From an uncultured Alphaproteobacteria bacterium (GTDB lineage Bacteria > Pseudomonadota > Alphaproteobacteria > Acetobacterales > Acetobacteraceae), in contig CAWADP010000017.1 of the NCBI GenBank assembly GCA_963780805.1, positions 16,944 to 80,943 of the forward strand: a stretch of DNA of 64,000 nt, in the 5' to 3' direction. The number at the start of each line of letters is the position of its first letter. The stretch's first letter is position 1. The notes under the pieces are model-generated. The model was not told the origin of the DNA, made no database searches, and saw only the letters and a program-made list of their open reading frames with translations. Positions 56,016 through 64,000 of the stretch are shown here, in pieces. The translations under genes were made by a program, and so were the position numbers.

Positions 56016-57179
56016 ATGCGTTTCTCAGTGAAGAACCTTGGCCTGGCAGCCTTCGGTGTTGCTCTGGCCGCGACGGGGTCCGTGCTGCTGGACGGCTCCA
56101 GCCATGGTGCCGCGCAGGCGCCCGCCGTGACCATGCCAGCCATGCCAGCGCCGGTCGTGGCGGTGGTGCAGCGGACAGTGCCGGTTTATCTCGCCTTCGT
56201 CGGCACGACCGAGGCGATCCGCAGTATCACCGCCGAGGCACAGGTCACCGGATATCTTGATCGCCAGGTTGTCCCGGACGGGGCGGACGTGCGTCAGGGC
56301 CAATTGATCTATCAGATCGATCCACGCAACTACCAGGCGTCGCTCGACCAGGCGACGGCGCAGGCCCGCCGCGACGCCGCTGCTCTTGTCTATGCACAGG
56401 CCAACAGCCGCCGGAATACCACGCTCAACAAAGACGGTTGGGTGTCGAACGACATATCCGATCAGTCAACGAGTTCGTTCCGCCAGGCACAAGCGACACT
56501 CGGCGCCGACGCGGCGGCGATCGAGACGGCGCGACTCAATCTGGGATGGACCGAGATCAGGGCCCCGTTCGCGGGTCGCCTTGGGCGAAGCCTGGTGCAT
56601 GAAGGCACGCTGATCAGTGCGGCGGGGACGCAGCTGAATACGCTGGTTCAGCTCGACCCGATCTATGTCACCTTCAATCCAAGCGAGACCGATCTCTCGC
56701 TGCTGGGTAAATACCATGCAGGAACGACGATCCCCGCCGAGGTGACGGTCCCGGATGATGGCGGAAAGCGATACAAGGGGCAGCTTACGTTCTTGAATAA
56801 TACGGTGGATGGGAGCACCGGGACTATTGTGGCACGCGCCACCATCGCCAATCCCGACCACACCCTGCTACCTGGCGAGTTCGTCCATGTGCGTCTGCTG
56901 GTGGCGGATCGGCCCGATACGCTGCTGGTCCCGCAGGTGGCGCTGGGTTCCAGCCAGTTCGGCAAGTACGTGTATGCCGCTGAACGCGGCAAGGCAGTGC
57001 AGCGGATGGTTTCCGTCGGTGCGACGTATGGCGATCTGGTCGTTATCGACAAGGGCGTGACGGCGCATGATGCGGTGATTGTCGGCAATCTGCAGAAGAT
57101 CGCACCCGGCGCCGCGGTGCAGCCGGTTACCGAACACGCAGTGTCGCGCACCACGGCGTCGCCTGATGTTCCGGGTTGA
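56016..57179 (+). CDS. RND efflux periplasmic adaptor (membrane fusion protein)
   Basis: ...VTGYLDRQVVPDGADVRQGQLIYQIDPRNYQASLDQA...LGWTEIRAPFAGRLGRS... Lipoyl, hairpin and beta-barrel pattern. Confidence 0.92.
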   Translation: MRFSVKNLGLAAFGVALAATGSVLLDGSSHGAAQAPAVTMPAMPAPVVAVVQRTVPVYLAFVGTTEAIRSITAEAQVTGYLDRQVVPDGADVRQGQLIYQIDPRNYQASLDQATAQARRDAAALVYAQANSRRNTTLNKDGWVSNDISDQSTSSFRQAQATLGADAAAIETARLNLGWTEIRAPFAGRLGRSLVHEGTLISAAGTQLNTLVQLDPIYVTFNPSETDLSLLGKYHAGTTIPAEVTVPDDGGKRYKGQLTFLNNTVDGSTGTIVARATIANPDHTLLPGEFVHVRLLVADRPDTLLVPQVALGSSQFGKYVYAAERGKAVQRMVSVGATYGDLVVIDKGVTAHDAVIVGNLQKIAPGAAVQPVTEHAVSRTTASPDVPG

Positions 57180-57321
57180 GACAGCGAACGTTCCGGTTTG
57201 GTCAGGACGATCCGCGAGGGCAGGGCAAACGGTTGAAGGGACGGGAGGGGCCGCCGCTCTGGCGGCTGCAATGCGGACACGAGCCGCGGGATCAATCCAA
57301 CCGGCGATGACGTTGGCAGCA

Positions 57322-57452
57322 CCGCATTTTCACCACGGAGATAGCGCGGAGAGCCACGGTGCCCACGGAGTCGGAGCTTCCCCGGCAGTCGGGGAGCCTC
57401 CGTCTCCGTGATCACCGTGGCTCTCCGCGCTATCTCCGTGGTGAAAATGCGG
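57322..57452. repeat. MITE/REP-like element, family C: perfect 40-bp inverted repeat with 51-nt spacer
   Basis: ccgcattttcaccacggagatagcgcggagagccacggtg (57322-57361) is the exact reverse complement of 57413-57452. The spacer contains a second imperfect hairpin. Confidence 0.9.
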
Positions 57453-57752
57453 CGAATCGTGAGGCACCACCAGTGGATGATCCCCCTGCGTTTCGTCCGG
57501 ACTGTGGTTCACCCGATTGCCCTGCTTTGCCGGCGGCCTAAATCAACCTCACCCCGACAACACCCCGACAGTGTCAACCTATATAAGGGCTGGTATAACA
57601 CCCATCCGCCTCTATCCCACCCGCTACCCTCTGTCTGGCGCCGCCGCCGCGCATCCTCTATCCGCTCCGCCACGCCGGGCACGCCCCACGCATGCCCCTG
57701 GGCACGCCCCGCATGCCCCGGGCCCGCCCGGCACAGGAGACCGCGCTGCCCG

Positions 57753-58373
57753 ATGACCGAAACCCGCTTCTGGCTGATCCGCCACGCCCTGGTGGACGAG
57801 AACGCCCGTGCCATCCTCTACGGCGTCATGGACGTGGCCCTGTGCGAGACCACCTTGCTCGGGCAGGGACCGATGTATCGCTCGCTGGCGCAGCGGCTGC
57901 CGCGGGAGGCGGATTGGATCGTCACCCCGCTCACCCGCACCCGCCGCACCGCCGAGGCCATCTTCGCCGCCGGCTACCCCCGCGCCGAGCTGACCGAGGA
58001 ACCCGGCCTGATCGAGCAATCCCTCGGCGACTGGCAGGGCCTGCCGCATGCCGAGCTGCCCGCCCGCCTGACCCTGCCGGCGCACGCCTTCTGGCCGCTG
58101 GCCGGCCAGGAGCACCCGCCGGGCGGCGAGAGCATGACCCAGGTCATCGCCCGCGTCGGCGCTACCCTGGAACGGCTAGCGGAAACGCATGACGGCGCCG
58201 ACGTGATCGCGGTCGCCCATGGCGGCTCGATCCGTGCCGCGGTGGCGCATGCGCTGCGCATCGGCCCGGACAACGCGCTGCACCTCGCCGTCCAGAACCT
58301 GTCGCTGACCCGGCTGGAGCGCTCCCCCGAGGGCTGGCGGGTGTCCTGCGTCAACGAACTCCCCGGTTATTGA
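57753..58373 (+). CDS. histidine phosphatase family protein (phosphoglycerate-mutase-like / CobC-like)
   Basis: RFWLIRHA catalytic RHG-type motif, ...E.SLGDWQG..., VAHGGSIRA. Confidence 0.83.
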   Translation: MTETRFWLIRHALVDENARAILYGVMDVALCETTLLGQGPMYRSLAQRLPREADWIVTPLTRTRRTAEAIFAAGYPRAELTEEPGLIEQSLGDWQGLPHAELPARLTLPAHAFWPLAGQEHPPGGESMTQVIARVGATLERLAETHDGADVIAVAHGGSIRAAVAHALRIGPDNALHLAVQNLSLTRLERSPEGWRVSCVNELPGY

Positions 58374-58478
58374 CCGGCAATCCGGCCTCAACTCGGCCGC
58401 TTGCGGCAGGATGCTTGCGCCCGAACTCGCGTCATCCGCGCTATGCAGGCGCCAGTTGCCCTGCGAAGGAGGATCGTC

Positions 58479-59483
58479 ATGCGCCGCTTTCTGTCGGCTG
58501 CCATCGCTCTGGCGGCAATACTGATGCCGGGGCTCGCCCACGCCCAGGGCCAGCCGCAGACCCTGGTGGACCGCGCCACGCTCGCGATCCAGGAGATGAT
58601 GACGCAGCAGGTCTCCCAGGATCCGCGCATCATGCTGCAGCGTGCCCGTGCGGTGATGATCTGCCCGCGGGTGTTCAAGGCCGGGTTCATCCTGGGCGGC
58701 TCGGGCGGCGATTGCGTATTGCTCGCGCGGGCGGGCAACGGCACCTGGTCGTATCCGTCGTTCTACACCATCGGCAGCGGCAGCATCGGCTTCCAGGCCG
58801 GCATCGAGGACAGCTCGCTGATGATGACGATCATGACGCAGCGTGGGCTGAAAGCGGTGATGGACAGCCAGTTCAAGCTGGGGGCGGACGCCTCGGTGGC
58901 GATCGCCACGGTCGGCGGCACGCTGGGTGGCGCGACCACCGCGGCGGTGGGGGCGGACATCGTGGTGTTCGCGGCGACGCGCGGATTGTTCGGCGGCGTT
59001 TCGGTGGAGGGCAGCCTCATGTCGCTGCTCAGCACCTGGAACGCGGCGTATTACGGCCAGCCGTATGCGGCACGGCAGATCGTGCTGCAGATGCAGGGGG
59101 CCAATCCCGGGGCGAACCCTCTGCGCGAGGTGCTGACGCGCTACGGCACCCCCTCGACGATGAAGGTATCCGTGCCACCACCCGTGTATGGACCGAACGC
59201 GCAGGGGGGGTATCCGCCGCCGGGGCAGGGATACGTAGCGCCGGCCCAGGGGTATCCGCCGCCCGGCCAGGGCGACAGGGCGCCGCCGCAGGGGAATCCG
59301 CAGCCGGGACAACAGAGCTATGCCCCGACCGGTCCTGGCTATGCGCCCGCCTATCCGGCGGCGAACCAGGACGGTGGTGGTCAGAACGAAGCTGCGGCCG
59401 GTGCCGACCAGGGCGGTCAGCCGGTGCAGTTGCAGCCGAACGCGCCGGTACAGCAGCAATCGCTGCCGCCACCGACGCGGTAG
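58479..59483 (+). CDS. SYLF (DUF500/Ysc84-like) lipid-binding domain protein with Pro/Gly/Gln-rich C-terminal tail
   Basis: GAAGGAGGA RBS. Signal peptide MRRFLSAAIALAAILMPGLAHA. ...KAGFILGGSGGDCVLLAR...FYTIGSGSIGFQAG... Tail GYPPPGQGYVAPAQGYPPPGQG. Confidence 0.8.
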   Translation: MRRFLSAAIALAAILMPGLAHAQGQPQTLVDRATLAIQEMMTQQVSQDPRIMLQRARAVMICPRVFKAGFILGGSGGDCVLLARAGNGTWSYPSFYTIGSGSIGFQAGIEDSSLMMTIMTQRGLKAVMDSQFKLGADASVAIATVGGTLGGATTAAVGADIVVFAATRGLFGGVSVEGSLMSLLSTWNAAYYGQPYAARQIVLQMQGANPGANPLREVLTRYGTPSTMKVSVPPPVYGPNAQGGYPPPGQGYVAPAQGYPPPGQGDRAPPQGNPQPGQQSYAPTGPGYAPAYPAANQDGGGQNEAAAGADQGGQPVQLQPNAPVQQQSLPPPTR

Positions 59484-59667
59484 AGGCCTTGGCTGGATAG
59501 GGCGGGGAAAGTTCGGAACCCTTGAGGTCCCTCAAGGAGGGGGTGTTCTTTCCACCTCCGCCTCCACTTCCAACGATAACTCCAACTCCACCCCCAACTC
59601 TTCGCTTCTAACTTCCGACTCCCCGCGCTTCCAACCGTCCGCTTCAACGCATCGCCGCTTCGCCGCA

Positions 59668-60652
59668 TCACGCGACCGCGTATTCCCGCGTCTCGCCAAA
59701 CCCCAGCACGTCGAAATCCTCCACCGCAACACCGGCCTCCGCCTGTGCCGCGCGCAGCGCCCGCACCGGCGCATCGATGCCTTCGTCGGTCAGTTGGAAG
59801 GTGCCGAAATGCATGCCCAGGCTGCGGCCCGGCCGCAGGTCGCAATGCGCCCGCACGGCTTCCTCCGGGTTCATATGCTGCTGGCGCATGAACCAGCGCG
59901 GTTCATAGGCGCCGATCGGGAGCAATGCGAGATCGATGCGGGGAAACCGCTCGGCGATCTCGGTAAAATGCGGGCAGTAGCCGGAATCCCCGGCGAAATA
60001 CACCACCGCGCCGCCGGCCTCGACGACGAACCCACCCCACAGGCTGCGGTTCCTGTCATGCAACGTCCGCGCCGAGAAATGCTGTGCCGGCACGTAGGTG
60101 ACGCGAGCGCGGGCCAGGTCCGTGCTCTGCCACCAGTCCAGCTCCACCGCACCGCTGATGCCCGCCTTGGCCAGAGTGGCGCGCATTGCCAAGCCCGGTC
60201 GCCGCCGGTGGCGCCCAACGCGCGCGCACGCGGCGCAACGTGGGCAGGTCCATGTGGTCGTAATGATTGTGCGAGACCAGCAGCAGATCCACCGCCGGCA
60301 ACACGTCCAGGCCCTGTCCGGGCCGGCGCGCCCGGCGTGGGCCCGCGAACGCCACGGGGCTGCAGCGCTGCGACCAGATCGGATCGAACAACACCGCGAC
60401 GCCGCCGACCTGCACCAGGAACGTCGAGTGGCCGACGAAGGTCACCGCGATGCGGTCGGGTGCCGCACGCGAGGGCGGCGCGAAGGGCGGGTCCTCGACA
60501 TGCGCCGGCCACGGATGCCTGCGGCGGGTGCGGCGCCAGCGGCGCAGGTCCTCGCGGGTCTTGCCGTAGGGCGCGTAGGGATTGAAAAATCGTTCGCCGT
60601 TGAAATGATCACTGCGCTCCGCCACCGGCGGCACCCGGATTGATCCGTCCAT
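59668..60652 (-). pseudogene. MBL-fold metallo-hydrolase (NAPE-PLD-like) gene, frame broken near 60178-60181
   Basis: N-part ...VTFVGHSTFLVQVGGVAVLFDPIWS...LLVSHNHYDHMDLPTLRR...GLGNA in one frame. C-part TLAKAGISGAVELDWWQS...YFAGDSGY...LPIGAYEPRWFM...HMNPEEAV in the adjacent frame. Confidence 0.8.
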
Positions 60653-60710
60653 TCGTCCAGTCCTGTTGGGCCCCTGCCCGCTCCGATATGGGGCGGCGCA
60701 CGCGGCCACG

Positions 60711-61145
60711 CTACGCGAGAGGCACCCGCAAGATCAGCGCGTCGCCGCCATCGGCATAATAGCGCCGACGGCGCCCGGCTTCGACAAATCCCGCCTGTCG
60801 GTAGAGCGCCTGGGCGGCGGCATTGTCTACCGCAACCTCGAGGAACATCGTCCGCGCATCCTGCTCGCGCCCCGCCGCCATCGCGGCGGCCAGCAGGGCG
60901 CGCGCCACGCCCTGACGGCGCGCTTCGGGCGCGACCGCCAGGGTGAGCACCTCTGCCTCATCCATGGTGACGCGGGCCAGCAGCAGGCCGCCGCGCGGAT
61001 CAACCAGGCCGAACACACCCGGCATGACGAGTTGAAGGGCGAAGGCGTCCTCGGCCCAGGCTTCGCGCGGCGGGAAGGCAGCGGCATGGATCGCCACCAT
61101 CGCCGGGATGTGCACCGGGGTGGCGCGCTGCAACGGCTCTGCCAT
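60711..61145 (-). CDS. rimI: ribosomal-protein-alanine N-acetyltransferase RimI
   Basis: MAEPLQRATPVHIPAMVAIHAAAF...LTLAVAPEARRQGVARALL...LEVAVDNAAAQALYRQAGF. The open frame continues upstream to 61253 through the 12-nt repeat, giving (GGII)n. Confidence 0.83.
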   Translation of the reverse strand: MAEPLQRATPVHIPAMVAIHAAAFPPREAWAEDAFALQLVMPGVFGLVDPRGGLLLARVTMDEAEVLTLAVAPEARRQGVARALLAAAMAAGREQDARTMFLEVAVDNAAAQALYRQAGFVEAGRRRRYYADGGDALILRVPLA

Positions 61146-61241
61146 GCCACCGGTCATCCCACTGATGATCCCACCGGTGATCCCACTGATGACCCCACCG
61201 ATGACCCCACCGATGATCCCGCCGATGATCCCACCGATGAT
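61146..61241. repeat. 12-nt tandem repeat, 8 copies (ccaccgatgatc and variants)
   Basis: Read directly. Lies in the tsaB 3' end / rimI 5' extension, so it is open in both minus-strand frames. Confidence 0.9.
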
Positions 61242-61909
61242 CTGGGTGGCCATCCCGCTGGTGGCGGGCGAAGGCCGCCCGCCGGCGGCCGCACCGCGGG
61301 CGGATCGACGTAGAGCGGCTGGGCCGGCAAAGGCGACAGTTCGCCGCCGAGGCGGCGGCCGCCCGCCACCGCGACATGGCGTGCGGTGGGCAGGCGGGCG
61401 TCGGTCAGCATCACGTCGGCGCCGCGAGCCGCCAGCCGGGCCGCGACCGCAATGGCGGCGTCACCGGCCACCGCGACCGGGCCGTCCGGGCGGGGCAGGT
61501 CGTCCAGCGCATAGGCGAGGACAATGCCTTCGCGTTCCAGGAACACGCGGCCGCGACGGCTGTCGATCGCGGTCCAAAGCCGCCGGACGCCCAGGTACGG
61601 CAGAGCGTCGGCCAGCGCCTCGCCGACCGTCACGCCCACCACCGGGACGCCGGCACCGAGTGCAACCCCGTGCGCCAGCGCGAGGCCTGCCCGGATGCCG
61701 GTAAAGCTGCCGGGGCCGACGGTGACGGCGATCAGATCGAGGGCGGGGGCAGCGACGCCGGCCTCGCGCAGGACCGCGTCGGCCATCACCGGCAACAGCG
61801 CGGCGTGACCCTGCGCCGCGGCCTGCTGGCGGACGGCCCGCAGGGCGCCGTCCAGCACGACGCCGGCGGAGCACTGTGCCAGAGCGGAATCGAGGGCGAG
61901 CACAAGCAT
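61154..61909 (-). CDS. tsaB: tRNA threonylcarbamoyladenosine biosynthesis protein TsaB
   Basis: MLVLALDSALAQCSAGVV...AVTVGPGSFTGIRAGLALAHG... C-terminal tail SSVGSSAGSSVGSSVGSSVGSPVGSSVG is encoded by the 12-nt repeat. ATG confirmed at 61909. Confidence 0.85.
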   Translation of the reverse strand: MLVLALDSALAQCSAGVVLDGALRAVRQQAAAQGHAALLPVMADAVLREAGVAAPALDLIAVTVGPGSFTGIRAGLALAHGVALGAGVPVVGVTVGEALADALPYLGVRRLWTAIDSRRGRVFLEREGIVLAYALDDLPRPDGPVAVAGDAAIAVAARLAARGADVMLTDARLPTARHVAVAGGRRLGGELSPLPAQPLYVDPPAVRPPAGGLRPPPAGWPPRSSVGSSAGSSVGSSVGSSVGSPVGSSVG

Positions 61910-62228
61910 GTCGTGCAGATGTAGCTGCGGACCGGAGATTTCTCCAATCGGCGGAGGACGGCGCGGCAGGCGCCGCGGAACACACATAACCGGACACCCA
62001 CGACAAGCAGCTCCGCCCGACCGCCTCGTTGCACTGACACGGCAACGCTTTTGTGTTTCGCCTGGGTGGGTTGGCCTATCCCGGCCGTCGTCGCTAAGGT
62101 CTGCCCGCGGCGGCAGTCCAGCCGCCGTCTGCCTGCTGCGGAACGCTGACACTTCGCGGTTACGACCGGATCATGCCTCGATCAATGCGTCGATGCCGGT
62201 TACCGACCTCCACCGATCGGGTATCCAT

Positions 62229-63795
62229 ATGATCCGCCTGTCCACTTCCGCCCCCGATTTTTCCGACGCCTTCGCCAACCTGCTCGCCCAGACGCGCGAG
62301 ACCACCGAAGACGTCGGCCAGGCGGTCGCCGCCATCATCGCCGACATCCGCGCCCGCGGCGACGCCGCCCTGCTCGAGTACACCGCGCGCTTCGACCGCC
62401 TGTCATTGAGCGCCGACCGCCTGCGCATCCCCGCCGGCGAAATCGATTCCGCCGTCGCCGCGGTGCCGCGCGAACAAGCCGCCGCGCTCGACCTCGCCGC
62501 CACCCGCATCGAGGCCTTCCATCGCGCCCAGCTCCCCGCCGACCTCCGCTTCACCGACGATGCGGGCCTGACGCTGGGGATGCGCTGGACGCCGCTGGAT
62601 GCGGTCGGCCTCTATGTGCCGGGCGGCAAGGCGGCGTATCCGTCATCGGTGCTGATGAACGCCGTTCCGGCGCGCGTTGCCGGCGTAGACCGCATCGCCA
62701 TGTGCGTCCCGACGCCGGATGGTGTGCTGAACCCGCTGGTCCTGGCGGCCGCGCGCCGCGCCGGCGTGGCGGAGGTCTACCGTATCGGTGGCGCCCAGGC
62801 GGTGGCGGCGCTGGCCTATGGCACCGCCAGCATCGCCCCGGTGGACCGCATCGTCGGCCCGGGCAACGCCTATGTCGCCGAGGCCAAGCGGCAGGTGTTC
62901 GGCCATGTCGGCATCGACGCCATCGCCGGCCCGTCGGAGGTGGTCATCCTCGCCGACCGCTCCAACGATCCGACGCCGAATCGCCCTGGATCTGCTCGCC
63001 CAGGCCGAACATGACGAGGCAGCGCAAGCGATCCTGATCACCGACGACACCCGCTTCGCCGACGCGGTGGCCGAAGCGGTGGCCGCGGCGATCCCCACCC
63101 TGCCCCGCGCCGCCATCGCCGGCGCAAGCTGGCGGGCGCATGGCGCGGTGATCGTGGCGCGCGACTGGGCGGAGGCGGTGGAGCTGGTCAATCGTCTGGC
63201 GCCAGAGCACCTGGAACTGATGCTGCCGGACCCGGAGCCGGTGTTTGCCCGGATACGGCACGCCGGAGCGGTATTCCTGGGCGGCTGGTGCCCGGAGGCG
63301 CTGGGCGACTACGTCGCCGGCCCCAACCACGTGTTGCCCACCGGGCGCACGGCGCGATTCGCCTCCGGCCTGTCGGTGTTCGATTTCCTGAAGCGCACGA
63401 CTTTCGTGGCGGCGGACGCGGCGGCGTTGGCGCGGGTCGGTCCCGCCGCCGTGGTGCTCGCCGAGGCCGAAGGCTTGCAGGCACACGCCCGCAGCGTTGC
63501 CGTGCGGCTCGCGGACAGGATGGTGTCGGGCGGAAAAATCGTCGGGCGGAAAAGCGCAGCGCCTGCCGCCGTCCCCAGGCGCGGCGGAAGGCGCGGCGCC
63601 CGCCCTACGTTTTTCCGCCCGACGCATGTTCGGGTGCACTACAGTCGGGCGCACCATAGTCGGGCGCACCACAGTCGGGCGCACCACAGTCGGGCGCACT
63701 ACAGGGCGCACCACGGTCGCGTGCTTGACCTCGCCCTCCCCGCCGCTCATCTTCGCCCGAGAATCGACCAAAATCAACCCATGAACGAGGTCTGA
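62229..63795 (+). pseudogene. hisD: histidinol dehydrogenase gene with an apparent 1-nt insertion at 62973 and an about 85-codon C-terminal read-through
   Basis: Frame A ...GLYVPGGKAAYPSSVLMNAVPARVAGV...GPGNAYVAEAKR...AGPSEVVILADRSNDP. Frame C from 62974: RRIALDLLAQAEHDEAAQAIL...PEHLEL...GDYVAGPNHVLPT...HARSVAVRL. No stop until 63795. Confidence 0.9.
63628..63714. repeat. 15-nt tandem repeat, about 5.5 copies (agtcgggcgcaccac and variants)
   Basis: Read directly. Translated as HYSRAHHSRAHHSRAHHSRAHY in the hisD read-through frame. Preceded by 14-bp inverted repeat arms at 63525-63538 / 63610-63623. Confidence 0.9.
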
Positions 63796-64000
63796 TGTCG
63801 AAGGAAGACATGATCGAATTCAGCGGCACGGTGACGGAGCTGCTGCCCAACGCCATGTTCCGCGTGAAGCTCGACAACGAACACAGCATCCTGGCGCATA
63901 CCAGCGGCAAGATGCGCAAGAACCGCATCCGGGTGCTGGCGGGCGACCGGGTGAACGTCGAAATGACGCCCTACGACCTGAGCAAAGGGCGCATCACTTT
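63795..64000 (+). CDS. infA: translation initiation factor IF-1 (3' end outside window)
   Basis: [68 protein letters not shown] is nearly invariant IF-1 sequence. The ATG overlaps the preceding TGA by 1 nt. Confidence 0.95.
   Translation, partial: MSKEDMIEFSGTVTELLPNAMFRVKLDNEHSILAHTSGKMRKNRIRVLAGDRVNVEMTPYDLSKGRIT

Overview
High-GC (hand-sampled lines about 70-77% GC) chromosomal segment with alphaproteobacterial-looking synteny (inferred from gene order only, no search run). Housekeeping genes: xthA 3' end, minCDE, gabD, yfgM-like/bamB/der, lspA, sthA, nadX, tsaB-rimI, hisD, infA. Metabolic and accessory genes lie between them: LLM monooxygenase, several SDRs, a Crp/Fnr-USP-ClC group, DJ-1, a PrpD-like gene, an M19 dipeptidase, a DAO oxidase, MFS, a TetR-regulated RND pump, and a BrnT/BrnA toxin-antitoxin pair. 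No rRNA, tRNA or CRISPR was found. The most interesting region is a low-GC, same-strand cassette at 23031-28994, between der and a tcuA-like gene. It has two paralogous proteins that fuse a PqqD/RRE-like N-domain to a heme-oxygenase-like iron-enzyme domain, a glutamate-1-semialdehyde-aminomutase-like PLP enzyme, a 58-codon ORF with a strong RBS, and a B12-binding radical SAM enzyme. I read it as a candidate undescribed RiPP-type or small-molecule tailoring system. A second low-GC islet (49.2-51.1 kb) carries an IS1595 transposase remnant and a four-ORF operon of unknown function. Seven otherwise well-conserved genes, including hisD and the first gene of the cassette, have single-nucleotide frame breaks. 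The window also holds at least three families of palindromic REP/MITE-like elements and many short tandem repeats, some lying inside or fused to coding frames.
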